Shown here in pieces: positions 9,951 through 18,367 of a stretch of 64,000 nucleotides of DNA (positions are counted from its first letter, which is position 1; every line of letters starts with the position of its first letter). This stretch comes from a virus: the IMG/VR virus record IMGVR_UViG_3300046471_000128, positions 1 to 64,000 of that record; one strand, given 5' to 3'. Made by a program: the position numbers and the translations under genes. The notes under the pieces were generated by a model. It was not told the DNA's origin, did no database searches, and saw only the letters and a program-made list of their open reading frames with translations.

Positions 9951-10065
9951 GAAATCCTCCGTGTTCAACACGACAAATTGAAATTAGCAGATAACCAACA
10001 AGACGAATTATGAGGTCATCTGCTTGGCGTGCGCAAGTAACGCCTTACTTAGTTTGCAGGATCTT

Positions 10066-12312
10066 TCAAACGACCAGAAGCTTGTGGAGTTCATGCATCA
10101 CCAGCGTCGGCAGATCCGCCACGTTCTGCATCACAATCGCGCGCTTGTAGAACTGCTTCACCGAGTCATCGATGATGCCGAGCGCTACCACGTCGGTGCC
10201 GCGCGCTTCGATCTGTTTGACCACTTCGATCAGGTGATTGTTGAGGGTTTGGCTTAAGCCCTCGCACGCCGGCTTCCCGTCCGAGAGCACCATCAGGACT
10301 TTGCGCGCGGCGCGCTGCTGCGAGAGGCGACGGTGCGCGATCTGGACCGACTCGCCATCGACGTTCTCATCCAGCAGCCCGTTGTCCTCACCCGCCAGCA
10401 GCGCGAAGCGCCGACGAGTGTCGGGCGTCAGGCGCTCGCTGAACGCCTTCACGATCGCGATATTGAGCGCCCTGCTCCGCGAGTAGTTGAAGCGATGCTC
10501 GCGCATTTCGTCATACATGGCGCGGTAGGTGTCGCCCGTGAAGTCCTTCGTGCTGAACGCCAGCACCTCATTGGGGATGCCGAGGTTGTCAAGGACGGCC
10601 GACAGCGCATACGCCGTGTAGGCGGCGACGCGAATCTTGCGCTGCGCCCACATCGACCCGGATGCATCGACCAGCAGCGACACCGCCACGTCCTTCGTCT
10701 TGTTGACCTGCTTCTGCCGGAACACGTCTTCGCGGCCCGTCAGCACCCGGGCGAGTGACGCGCCGTGCAGCTTCCCGCGTTTGTGCCCACCGGTCCAGAC
10801 CGACGCTGAGCGCGCAGAGATCGCGCGCTGGAGATCCTTCTGCAGCGGGCCGATCATGTGGTCGACCTCCTTCTGCATGGCGGTCACCCGATTCTGATCG
10901 AACCCTTCGGGCGCTTCCATCGTGTAGATCGCGTCCTCGTCGCGGGTGAAAACCGAGTAGTCGGATTCCTTGGTCGCAGCGACGGCGTTCTTCGTGAGCG
11001 CGGCCGCAGCTGCGTCGTCAAAGTCTGTCATGCCCGCGTCCTCGAGCTCCTGGTTGAAGTCCCGCTCGTCGTTCGGATCGCGCGGCTCGTCGTTACCCTC
11101 GCTCGGGTTACCGCCGCCAGGTGCGCTGCCCTTGCCCGATTCCGGCGCATCAGCCTCCCCTGCCCCACCCTGCTCGTCGTCGCCGTCGGCCGCGGTGTCA
11201 CCTGTGTCGCCTTCGGTTTCACCGCCCGTGTCGCCACCGGCCATCCCATCGCCCGGCTGGTCGTCGCTGTCGTCCTCATCGTCGCTATCATCCGATGCAC
11301 CACCCGACATTTCAGGAGCGGGTGCGCTGTCGTCCTCGTCGTCGAGCTCTTCCTCGTCGTCAGCGTCCGCAGCGGGCTCGGGCGTCGGCTCAGCGTCGCC
11401 CTCGTCCTGCTCTTCTGCCGGCGCTTCGGGTTCGGGCGTCGGCTCGGGTTGCGCTTCCGGCTCCTGAACTTCCTCACCTTGGGGCGGTTCGCTGCCGTCT
11501 AGGTTGGGCATGCCGCCCGGCGTGAGCGGCGGCTCGTCGTCTTCCGGCGCGCTGGGCGGTTCATTGCTGGGCGCGCTGCTGTTCGGCTCTTCATCGCTCG
11601 GCGGCGACGGTTCGTCGGACGGTGTGCTGGGCGGTGCGGGCGGCGTCGGGGCGCTCGGCGGCGCTGCGGGCACCGGCGGCTTCTTCGGTTCGAGACGCTT
11701 CTTTGCCTCGACCGCGACCTTGAGCCCGTCGTCCGAGCTCTTCACGTTTCGGATCATTGCCGGGAAGTCTTTGCCCAGACGATCGGTGACGTCCTTCATG
11801 AGCTCCCACTTATCGCCCATGTAGTCGGCGAAGGCGGGCTGACCCGCCCAAGCACGAATGGCGACGACCATCAGAATTGCAGCCGAATGCTCGGGCTGCT
11901 CTTTCAACTGCGTGTCGATCCACTCGGTCAGGAAGAACCCGTGCATCTTGGTCAGGTTCGCGCCGCAGCCCGGGAAGTGCTCGCCCATGCGGCGCTCGAC
12001 GAAGGTGTCCTCGATCATGTTGTGCAGCGAGTGGACCTTCAGCTTCTCGGCTTTCAGGACCACCTTCTGATCGGTGAACAGGACGTGCCCGACTTCGTGG
12101 TCGAGGAACCCCTGCGTCGCGTCGAGCAGGAAGTCATCGGCGTCGTCCGGGATGTAGGGCAGGTTGACCTTCTCGATCGCCATCGTCCGACGATTGTAGG
12201 AAACATAAGCTTGGCTCCCCTGTTGGGTAACCTTCACCTTGCGCTGAGTAAGCATCGGCACGATCTTGGTGATCGCTTCGCGCAGGATCAAGACCCGATT
12301 GTTGACGTGCAT
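10066..12312 (-). CDS. CobT-like protein: N-terminal HExxH domain, acidic/Pro linker, C-terminal vWA
   Basis: DHEVGH...NMIED; MIDAS LLVDASGSM; VLSDGKP. Confidence 0.88.
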   Translation of the reverse strand: MHVNNRVLILREAITKIVPMLTQRKVKVTQQGSQAYVSYNRRTMAIEKVNLPYIPDDADDFLLDATQGFLDHEVGHVLFTDQKVVLKAEKLKVHSLHNMIEDTFVERRMGEHFPGCGANLTKMHGFFLTEWIDTQLKEQPEHSAAILMVVAIRAWAGQPAFADYMGDKWELMKDVTDRLGKDFPAMIRNVKSSDDGLKVAVEAKKRLEPKKPPVPAAPPSAPTPPAPPSTPSDEPSPPSDEEPNSSAPSNEPPSAPEDDEPPLTPGGMPNLDGSEPPQGEEVQEPEAQPEPTPEPEAPAEEQDEGDAEPTPEPAADADDEEELDDEDDSAPAPEMSGGASDDSDDEDDSDDQPGDGMAGGDTGGETEGDTGDTAADGDDEQGGAGEADAPESGKGSAPGGGNPSEGNDEPRDPNDERDFNQELEDAGMTDFDDAAAAALTKNAVAATKESDYSVFTRDEDAIYTMEAPEGFDQNRVTAMQKEVDHMIGPLQKDLQRAISARSASVWTGGHKRGKLHGASLARVLTGREDVFRQKQVNKTKDVAVSLLVDASGSMWAQRKIRVAAYTAYALSAVLDNLGIPNEVLAFSTKDFTGDTYRAMYDEMREHRFNYSRSRALNIAIVKAFSERLTPDTRRRFALLAGEDNGLLDENVDGESVQIAHRRLSQQRAARKVLMVLSDGKPACEGLSQTLNNHLIEVVKQIEARGTDVVALGIIDDSVKQFYKRAIVMQNVADLPTLVMHELHKLLVV

Positions 12313-12368
12313 TTTGTCACCCCGTTGATTAAAAACGACAGAATTGATCGATACCTACATTCTGCTGA

Positions 12369-12623
12369 TCAATTCTTGGAGTGACGCGACGCGCTTTCAA
12401 AAAGTAACGCCGCGCTAAACTTCTCGGCAGCGTCCCTGTGCAACACGATGGTCGACGGCCCCGCAACGTTTTCGTTCACGACGACCTGGCCGAAGATCGG
12501 GTGCTCGGCAAGCGTCGTCACCACGGAACCCGTGTCCAGTGTGCCAATCGTTGATTCAGCCTGGGCGAGAAGGTTGATGATCTGCTCGTGGCTAGCGGCG
12601 ACGATGGTGAAATTCTGCAGCAT
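12369..12623 (-). CDS. Small hypothetical protein, first gene of the leftward operon
   Basis: 84-aa ORF with a GAGGAG RBS. Confidence 0.7.
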   Translation of the reverse strand: MLQNFTIVAASHEQIINLLAQAESTIGTLDTGSVVTTLAEHPIFGQVVVNENVAGPSTIVLHRDAAEKFSAALLFESASRHSKN

Positions 12624-12870
12624 GCGGACAACTCCTCGTTGGTGTATTGTTAGAGAGCGATCTACGTAAGCTCTAACTTATATTATAGACCGCACATAAG
12701 AATCCGTAACGAATTGTCACACATTTGTTTAGTCGATGAGCCGATAGAAAGCCAGGTAATTCCTGCTCGGCAAGCATTTTTCGTCGCTATAATGGGTAAC
12801 AGAACAATCAAGTCAGCGCTAACTAATCATCGCTGCTCTAATACGTGGGTCAAATTACTGGGGGTTCGCC

Positions 12871-13344
12871 ATGTCATCACAAAGACAACACAAGCGCATA
12901 AGCGTCGCAGAATACCTAAGCGGGGCCATCGGCCTAACCGGCAAGCTTCAGCGAGAGATCGCGAACGAAGTCGGCTATGACAATCCGAACGTCATAACGC
13001 TGTTCAAGCAAGGCAAAACCAAGCTTCCGGTCAACAAAGTCCCAGCAATGGCAAAGGCGCTCGGCGTCGATCAAGCCAACCTGCTTCGGATCGTGATGAG
13101 CGAATACATGCCGGAAACGTGGGAGGTCCTCTCGGCAGTCATAGGCGACCGCATCATGTCGGAAGACGAAAGAGCCCTCCTAGAGATGGTGAAGAAGGAA
13201 ACACACGGCTTAGGTGTCAGCATGGAAGACCCGGAGCTGGTGACCGCTCTACGTGAGGTGCTCGCGGCACATGCAAAGAAAACACAAGCTGGCATCGCGC
13301 GAGGCACGGCATCTGTAAAGCGCGGTCGCCCGTCAGAATCCTGA
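12871..13344 (+). CDS. XRE-family HTH transcriptional regulator (probable prophage repressor)
   Basis: QREIANEVGYDNPNVITLFKQGKTKLP..MAKALGVD; divergent from the lytic operon; TATAAT at 12788. Confidence 0.85.
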   Translation: MSSQRQHKRISVAEYLSGAIGLTGKLQREIANEVGYDNPNVITLFKQGKTKLPVNKVPAMAKALGVDQANLLRIVMSEYMPETWEVLSAVIGDRIMSEDERALLEMVKKETHGLGVSMEDPELVTALREVLAAHAKKTQAGIARGTASVKRGRPSES

Positions 13345-13368
13345 GTAGGTTGCTATGCCAATAACTTG

Positions 13369-13397
13369 AACCCCGCCTAGCTGCGGGGTTTTCTTTT
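13369..13397 (+). terminator. Rho-independent terminator after the repressor
   Basis: AACCCCGC-CTAGCT-GCGGGGTT followed by TTCTTTT. Confidence 0.85.
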
Positions 13398-13696
13398 TGC
13401 CTTTCTCCTTAGCTGCAACGCTCCTCTCATCCCAAGCTTCCCATCCTGCGACCTTTCGAGCTCGCCAGTATCAAAGCTTTTATGCTCCCAGCAGTGCTTG
13501 GTTGGCAGCTCCTTCTGCTACGTCTCTTCTGAGCTTGCTTCCTCCGCTAAAAGCATGCAATGAAGCTTGGGTGCAACGTTGCAGCCTAGCTATCCAAGCT
13601 AGATCGCGCTGTCCTTGACTACAGTCGTTCATTGGTTAAAAGAACGATCCGCTGCTCCCTTTTTTCCTACTTCGCATGCCACGCACTTTCGTTCGT

Positions 13697-13737
13697 AGGT
13701 ATGTTGGTATCAAGATACCAACATACCTTGATACCTT
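13697..13737. promoter_or_regulatory. Perfect 15-bp inverted repeat with phased GTAT/ATAC boxes; candidate par operator or centromere
   Basis: AGGTATGTTGGTATC-AA-GATACCAACATACCT upstream of parA; boxes at 13699, 13707, 13715, 13723, 13731. Confidence 0.65.
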
Positions 13738-13853
13738 GTGTGGAAACTGAGTTGCACGCCTAGGACGTAGCTCCAAATCCTCATAATTCACTTGAAGTGT
13801 GGGCCGCTACCCTTTAATCTACGCAGCAAACCACACGTTCAATCGAGGCTTCT

Positions 13854-14510
13854 ATGGCCGTAATTATGGTAGGAACAGAGAAGGGAGGCGTCGGCAAATC
13901 TACCTTCACACAAAATTTGGCAGCGATCCGGGCATCACTCAAGCGAACAGTCGCCGTATTCGACCTCGACGGGCAAAACAGCACCGCGAAGTGGGCCGCG
14001 CGCCGTGCTAACGATCCGGCGCTACCGCAGGTCCACGTCGAGCGGTGGGAACCGCGCAAGCCAATCACGAAGCAGGAATTCGCCGAGGTGCTCGATCGTC
14101 TCACCGATCAGTATCAAGACGTTTTCATCGACGTCGGCGGCAAGGACTCGGACGGCTTCCGCTTCGGCTTGGCCGTCGCTGAGAAGGTGCTCGCGCCGCT
14201 GATCCCGTCGCAGATGGACCTCGACACGGTGCCCGATCTACACGCGCTGGTCGGCAGCTACAAGCGCCAGATCGACATTCGCGTGGTGCTCAATCAGGCC
14301 GATCCGCGCAAGCGCTTCACCAAGTCGATGATTAAGCAGTTGGAGCCGTTCGAAGACAAGCTGCCGGTCCTGACGAAGCTGGTCGCGACGCGCGAAACCT
14401 ACAAGTTCGCCAATGCGCAGGGGAGAGCGGTGTCGGAGCTCTCGGGCCGGGATTGGGATAGCGCCGCGGCCAACGAAATGAAAGACCTTTACCTTGGAGT
14501 GTTTTCATGA
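13854..14510 (+). CDS. parA: ParA partition ATPase (short, type Ib / ParF-like)
   Basis: Deviant Walker A EKGGVGKST, DLDGQ, FIDVGG, P.IPS..DL; no N-terminal HTH. Confidence 0.93.
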   Translation: MAVIMVGTEKGGVGKSTFTQNLAAIRASLKRTVAVFDLDGQNSTAKWAARRANDPALPQVHVERWEPRKPITKQEFAEVLDRLTDQYQDVFIDVGGKDSDGFRFGLAVAEKVLAPLIPSQMDLDTVPDLHALVGSYKRQIDIRVVLNQADPRKRFTKSMIKQLEPFEDKLPVLTKLVATRETYKFANAQGRAVSELSGRDWDSAAANEMKDLYLGVFS

Positions 14511-14878
14511 ACAAAGACCCGATGAGCGCGCCGAAAAGCAAAGCGTGGCTCGACAGCCTGAACGCAGAGACGGCAGCCATTGACGAGCCGGAAGCTCCAG
14601 CTCAGACGGGCGAGATCAAGGACGAAGCATCTGAGCCGGTGGTCGTTGCAGAGAGGAGGGCGCCGGTTCGCCTGGGCAAAGGCGTTGACCTGCAGGCCAT
14701 CCGCGCGGCGCTGCCGAAGAAAGAGACGCCGGTGCAGCAGCCGGTTCGCATTCCGCCAGCGCTGAAGGAGGATCTGAATCTGCTGTGCTTCGCGCTCGGC
14801 AAGACCAAGAACGATTTCATCGCCGAGGCCGTCGCGAAGGAAGTCGCGCGCGAGAAGAAGCGCCTGGGCATGGACTGA
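14507..14878 (+). CDS. Small partition partner, probable ribbon-helix-helix centromere-binding protein (ParG-like)
   Basis: ATGA-coupled to parA; disordered N-terminus; C-terminal VRIPPALKEDL...KNDFIAEAV. Confidence 0.72.
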   Translation: MNKDPMSAPKSKAWLDSLNAETAAIDEPEAPAQTGEIKDEASEPVVVAERRAPVRLGKGVDLQAIRAALPKKETPVQQPVRIPPALKEDLNLLCFALGKTKNDFIAEAVAKEVAREKKRLGMD

Positions 14879-14917
14879 TCACCCCTTTGCAGACTGCTTT
14901 TTACAGACTTGGCGTAT

Positions 14918-15316
14918 TGGGAGGTTTCCCGGGTTAGCTGAACTGGGAGAAATCCCGGGTAATGGAAGAGTAGGGAGAAGTTGTTCACAGCCTACTCACG
15001 CGTGGTTTGTAGACGTTCGTAAACGTTTGTATACGGCTCAGAGCCTTACCCAGCATGGGTTTGCGGGCAGGTATTGGGAGAGATTCCGGGTTAATTGGGT
15101 GGGCGGCCGGTCGAAGTAGGAGGGCGACCGGTCACGCATTGGGAGAAAAGCCGGTCCAAGTGCTGTTATGCACAGGGCCTGCGACCCGGAAATCCTCCCA
15201 GTAACCCGGAAATCCTCCCATTCGACCGGAATTCCTCCCAGTGACAAAGGAGAAAAGGGGGTGCAAAATCCGATCACTCCCAATAAGCCGCTCCCGCGAA
15301 ACCGGAATTCCTCCCA
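14918..15316. repeat. Plasmid replication origin: iteron array
   Basis: CCGGAAWYCTCCCA-type units ending at 15200, 15220, 15240 and 15316 (degenerate copy ending 15281); inverted copies at 14918, 14944, 15075, 15140; DnaA box TTATGCACA at 15166. Confidence 0.85.
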
Positions 15317-16060
15317 ATGAAGCTCAAGCACGCCACCCCTGGGCTGAGTCTCGTTGATCGGCACGTCTCCATGCACAACGATCTGCTGGTCGCCTCGCAT
15401 GGGCTCAAGACGCTTGCCGAGCAGCGCATCGTCAAGTCGTGCGCGGCGAAGATCGACAGTGTGCGCCTGGACAGTCACAACCGATACAAGGTTCGACTCA
15501 CGGCCAAGGAATACGCCGAGACATTCAACCTCGATCCCACGACCGCCTACGAGCAACTGAAGTCGGGCGTTGAGGGGCTCGCGGAGCGATGGATCACCTG
15601 GACCGAGCCGGTTCAGCGCGGTGCGATCGCATCCCACAAGGATCGGTGGGTGAGCGGGGCGACTTACGTGGACAGGGCAGGGTGGGTGGAGCTGCGCTTC
15701 TCGCCGGAAGCGACGCCGTATCTGATGGTGCTGCGAGGCAATCACACGACCTATCTCTTGCGCCAGGCGTCGGAGCTTCGCTCGATCTACTCGTGGCGGC
15801 TGCTCGAGCTCCTCATGCAGTTCAAAGACACCGGCTGGCGGCAGATGCCGATCAAGGACTTCCTGCACGCGATGGACGCGAAGCCGAGTCATCTGCAGAA
15901 CTTCAAGGACGCCCGCAAACAGATCATCGAGGTTGCCGTGAAGGAGCTGCAGGAGAAAGACGGATGGGACATTACGTGGTCGCCGATTAAGGAAGGCCGC
16001 AAGGTGACGGACATTCGGTTCGAATTCCGGCGGAATCCCCAAGGCACGCTGCCGCTCTGA
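15317..16060 (+). CDS. Plasmid replication initiator, Rep_3 (RepB-like) family
   Basis: MHNDLLVASHGLKTLAEQR, LRSIYSWRLLELLMQFKDTG, IKEGRKVTDIRF. Confidence 0.92.
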   Translation: MKLKHATPGLSLVDRHVSMHNDLLVASHGLKTLAEQRIVKSCAAKIDSVRLDSHNRYKVRLTAKEYAETFNLDPTTAYEQLKSGVEGLAERWITWTEPVQRGAIASHKDRWVSGATYVDRAGWVELRFSPEATPYLMVLRGNHTTYLLRQASELRSIYSWRLLELLMQFKDTGWRQMPIKDFLHAMDAKPSHLQNFKDARKQIIEVAVKELQEKDGWDITWSPIKEGRKVTDIRFEFRRNPQGTLPL

Positions 16061-16093
16061 TGCAACTAACTGTCAACCCCGAACGAATCGGAC

Positions 16094-16128
16094 TTATCCA
16101 CAAAAGCTGTGGGTAAGGCTGTGGAGAG
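16094..16128. promoter_or_regulatory. DnaA-box cluster downstream of rep
   Basis: TTATCCACA (16094, consensus) plus inverted near-matches TGTGGGTAA (16108) and TGTGGAGAG (16120). Confidence 0.75.
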
Positions 16129-16136
16129 AGTCAGCA

Positions 16137-16352
16137 ATGAAAGTCGACCTCAAAGAGTGGACGATTCAGTCTTGGCCTGAAAAGAAAGGACATTTTTGGC
16201 ACGGGTGGGTCGAGGTCGAGCGCGGCCCGTGGGGAGAAATCGATTTGGGGCAGATCTTCCATTTCACCGACATCGGATACTTCGACACCGAGGCCGCGGC
16301 CGCCGAGCGCGGGATCGCGTGGGCGCAAGCCTGGCTGGATTCCAACTTCTGA
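16137..16352 (+). CDS. Small hypothetical protein
   Basis: 71-aa ORF, GGAGAG upstream, start of a tightly packed plus-strand run. Confidence 0.65.
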   Translation: MKVDLKEWTIQSWPEKKGHFWHGWVEVERGPWGEIDLGQIFHFTDIGYFDTEAAAAERGIAWAQAWLDSNF

Positions 16353-16359
16353 TAGAAAA

Positions 16360-16581
16360 ATGATAAACGAAGCCTATACCTATGCCGACATCACCGATTC
16401 GGTCACGAAGGAAATCAGCATTTTGATGACTGAGGCCCGTGGCGAAGCGACGCTTGAGGAGAAAGCCCGGAAGCAACACTATGCGGCCGGCGTCTACCTG
16501 GCGTGGCGCGCGATTGTTGGCTTTACGTATGAAGACGAGGATGCGGAGCAGCTCAAGGCCATGCTCAAACTAGTGAGCTGA
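16360..16581 (+). CDS. Small hypothetical protein
   Basis: 73-aa ORF, 7 bp after the previous stop. Confidence 0.65.
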   Translation: MINEAYTYADITDSVTKEISILMTEARGEATLEEKARKQHYAAGVYLAWRAIVGFTYEDEDAEQLKAMLKLVS

Positions 16582-16583
16582 CC

Positions 16584-16883
16584 GTGCTGATCCACGCCAC
16601 ACCCATGCGACAGCGCGGCAAGGCGCTCGATCAATTCGACATCCAGCGTGCGCCCGGTGTGCGTGGCGACATGGTCATCGGTCAGGAAAAATCCACGGCG
16701 CTTAACCGCTACACCAACATTGCCCGCTTTCAGAGCGGACTCGTCGGGAATCCGCAGCCGCTCCCGCCACTGCATGACGCAGCGCTGTCTTGGATGGGGC
16801 CGCTCGGGTTCGTCCTGAGTGGCGTTGAGTTTATCGACAGCACCGCCTACGCGCAGTCCTGGTGGTGCCGGCCAAGTTCGTAA
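16584..16883 (+). CDS. Hypothetical phage protein
   Basis: 99-aa ORF ending LPPLHDA..F.LSG.E...YAQSWWC; packed in the run. Confidence 0.65.
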   Translation: MLIHATPMRQRGKALDQFDIQRAPGVRGDMVIGQEKSTALNRYTNIARFQSGLVGNPQPLPPLHDAALSWMGPLGFVLSGVEFIDSTAYAQSWWCRPSS

Positions 16884-16903
16884 ACCGAGCAACGGAGAGG
16901 CAA

Positions 16904-17161
16904 ATGACTGAAGAAAAAAAAGGTTTTTGGAAACACATGGGGCCAGCGCTGCTGACCGCAGCGGTCGGGGCGCTCGTAGCCGCAGGGCCGGCGATCATTT
17001 ATGCAATCAGCAACGCCCAGCGAAAGGAGGCCGAAAAGGGAATCGACGACATCTATGCCGCCAACCCATATGATCCGACCCGCTTCGAGCAGGCGTGCAT
17101 CGATCACAGCGCGACTCTTGCCACGCGAGAGGCGCTGCACAACGGATGGAAACCGGACTAG
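16904..17161 (+). CDS. Small membrane-anchored hypothetical protein
   Basis: ATG 16904 with a GGAGAGG RBS; one hydrophobic segment. Confidence 0.65.
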   Translation: MTEEKKGFWKHMGPALLTAAVGALVAAGPAIIYAISNAQRKEAEKGIDDIYAANPYDPTRFEQACIDHSATLATREALHNGWKPD

Positions 17162-17302
17162 GCCTTCACTGCTTACCCCGATTTGCACGGAACGATTTAA
17201 TGCAGGATTTCGATGAAAGCCGACCGCACCACGAGCCATGATTATTCTTTTGAAACAGGGCGGGCCGACGCCTATCTTTCAGACTAGCAGTGGAGGGATA
17301 CG

Positions 17303-17818
17303 ATGTGGATCGCTATTGGTGACCTCGTTCTCAAGATCGTTGGATTTTTTACGAACGAGAAAAATCGGCTTGATGCGTCACGACGTGAGGAATTGGATCG
17401 AGCAGCTGACTTTTTGGAACGGATTGCTGTAGCGCTCCAAGAGGCCGCAGACGCCTTTTCGTCGAGCAAGAAGTTGCCATCGAGCCAGATTATGGAATTG
17501 GATCGGTATCTCCACTACCAAGCCGTTGATCCTACCGTCGCTCGCGTTTTTGTTGACGCGCAGGTCCAGAAGGAACTGGAGCAGGCACTCGACATGGCGC
17601 TGTTGGCGGACAGATTGCTCTCCTTTTCGGACGAGCGCGCGGGCGCCGATCGTCTCTTGTTCCCGCTGTCGCTCGATGCGAAAGAGACAAATCCGGCGAA
17701 AATGATGACGCCCGTGCAGGTCGAGATCTTCATAGCCGACCAATTGCGCAAAGTCGAAGAGGCGTCGGGCCTCTACCGGGCGGCGGCACAACGCCTCCGC
17801 GTCACCCGGGTCGACTAA
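17303..17818 (+). CDS. Hypothetical protein (accessory)
   Basis: 171-aa ORF with a GGAGGG RBS; lower GC by eye. Confidence 0.7.
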   Translation: MWIAIGDLVLKIVGFFTNEKNRLDASRREELDRAADFLERIAVALQEAADAFSSSKKLPSSQIMELDRYLHYQAVDPTVARVFVDAQVQKELEQALDMALLADRLLSFSDERAGADRLLFPLSLDAKETNPAKMMTPVQVEIFIADQLRKVEEASGLYRAAAQRLRVTRVD

Positions 17819-17892
17819 ACAGGGCCCGACCAAGAGTTCGATAAACTCTATTCTGGAAAGCGGCGCGTGCATTGGTGCCGGCCGGGGTAGCC

Positions 17893-17921
17893 TTGAACTC
17901 CCCGAAATGATCGTCTATATT
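17893..17921 (+). promoter_or_regulatory. Sigma70-type promoter
   Basis: TTGAAC-N17-TATATT. Confidence 0.65.
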
Positions 17922-17926
17922 AATGT

Positions 17927-18008
17927 CCGTCCCGTTTCGTCATGGAGGGTTCTTGAGACTTTTCGGAGCTGGGGTTTGCAGAAGCTCCTTCGGGAGCTTC
18001 TGTCGTTT
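17927..18008 (+). ncRNA. Candidate ~80-nt small RNA
   Basis: Lies between the promoter and a strong terminator; holds only a 4-codon ORF with no RBS. Confidence 0.45.
17979..18008 (+). terminator. Terminator hairpin with a cUUCGg tetraloop
   Basis: CAGAAGCTCC-TTCG-GGAGCTTCTG followed by TCGTTT. Confidence 0.75.
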
Positions 18009-18071
18009 CTAGGGCTTGCTGGTGGTGCCGGCCCGCGATGAGCCCAAGTCGCAGGCTGCATCGGAAGAACG

Positions 18072-18296
18072 ATGGTCAACGAACAGGACTACGTGGGCGT
18101 CCACGCCGATGCGAAAACCGTCTACGTGCTGATCGCCTCGCGCGAAAAGTTTGACGACATTCCGCTGCCGGTCCAGGAGCGCGATGACCGCGTCCACGGC
18201 AACGGCCTCGTGCTGTCGAAGATGCTCGTCACGCCCGAGCTTTGGGTGGTCTTCCAGCACTGGCTCGAGGATTTGGACCCCACGAAAAACGAGTGA
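18072..18296 (+). CDS. Small hypothetical protein
   Basis: 74-aa ORF, GGAAG upstream. Confidence 0.55.
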   Translation: MVNEQDYVGVHADAKTVYVLIASREKFDDIPLPVQERDDRVHGNGLVLSKMLVTPELWVVFQHWLEDLDPTKNE

Positions 18297-18326
18297 TAAA
18301 TAATATTATGTAAAGTCCTACGTGCC

Positions 18327-18359
18327 AAACAAAGCCCGCCACTCGGGGCGGGCCTGTTT
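18327..18359. terminator. Probable bidirectional terminator between convergent genes
   Basis: GCCCGCC/GGCGGGC stem flanked by AAACAAA and TGTTT. Confidence 0.6.
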
Positions 18360-18367
18360 CAGCGCGC

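Noticed and set aside
8742-12312. Cobalamin biosynthesis (cobS/cobT) as auxiliary metabolism
   Set aside because: No cobN or other cob genes in the window; the extra domains and context fit a generic AAA+/vWA system.
13397-13618. 73-aa ORF upstream of parA
   Set aside because: TTG start, no RBS, low-complexity Ser/Ala/Leu product explained by the phased repeat array.
14918-15316. CRISPR array
   Set aside because: Repeats are about 16 bp, in both orientations, with very short or irregular spacers, next to rep, and no cas genes are present: these are iterons.
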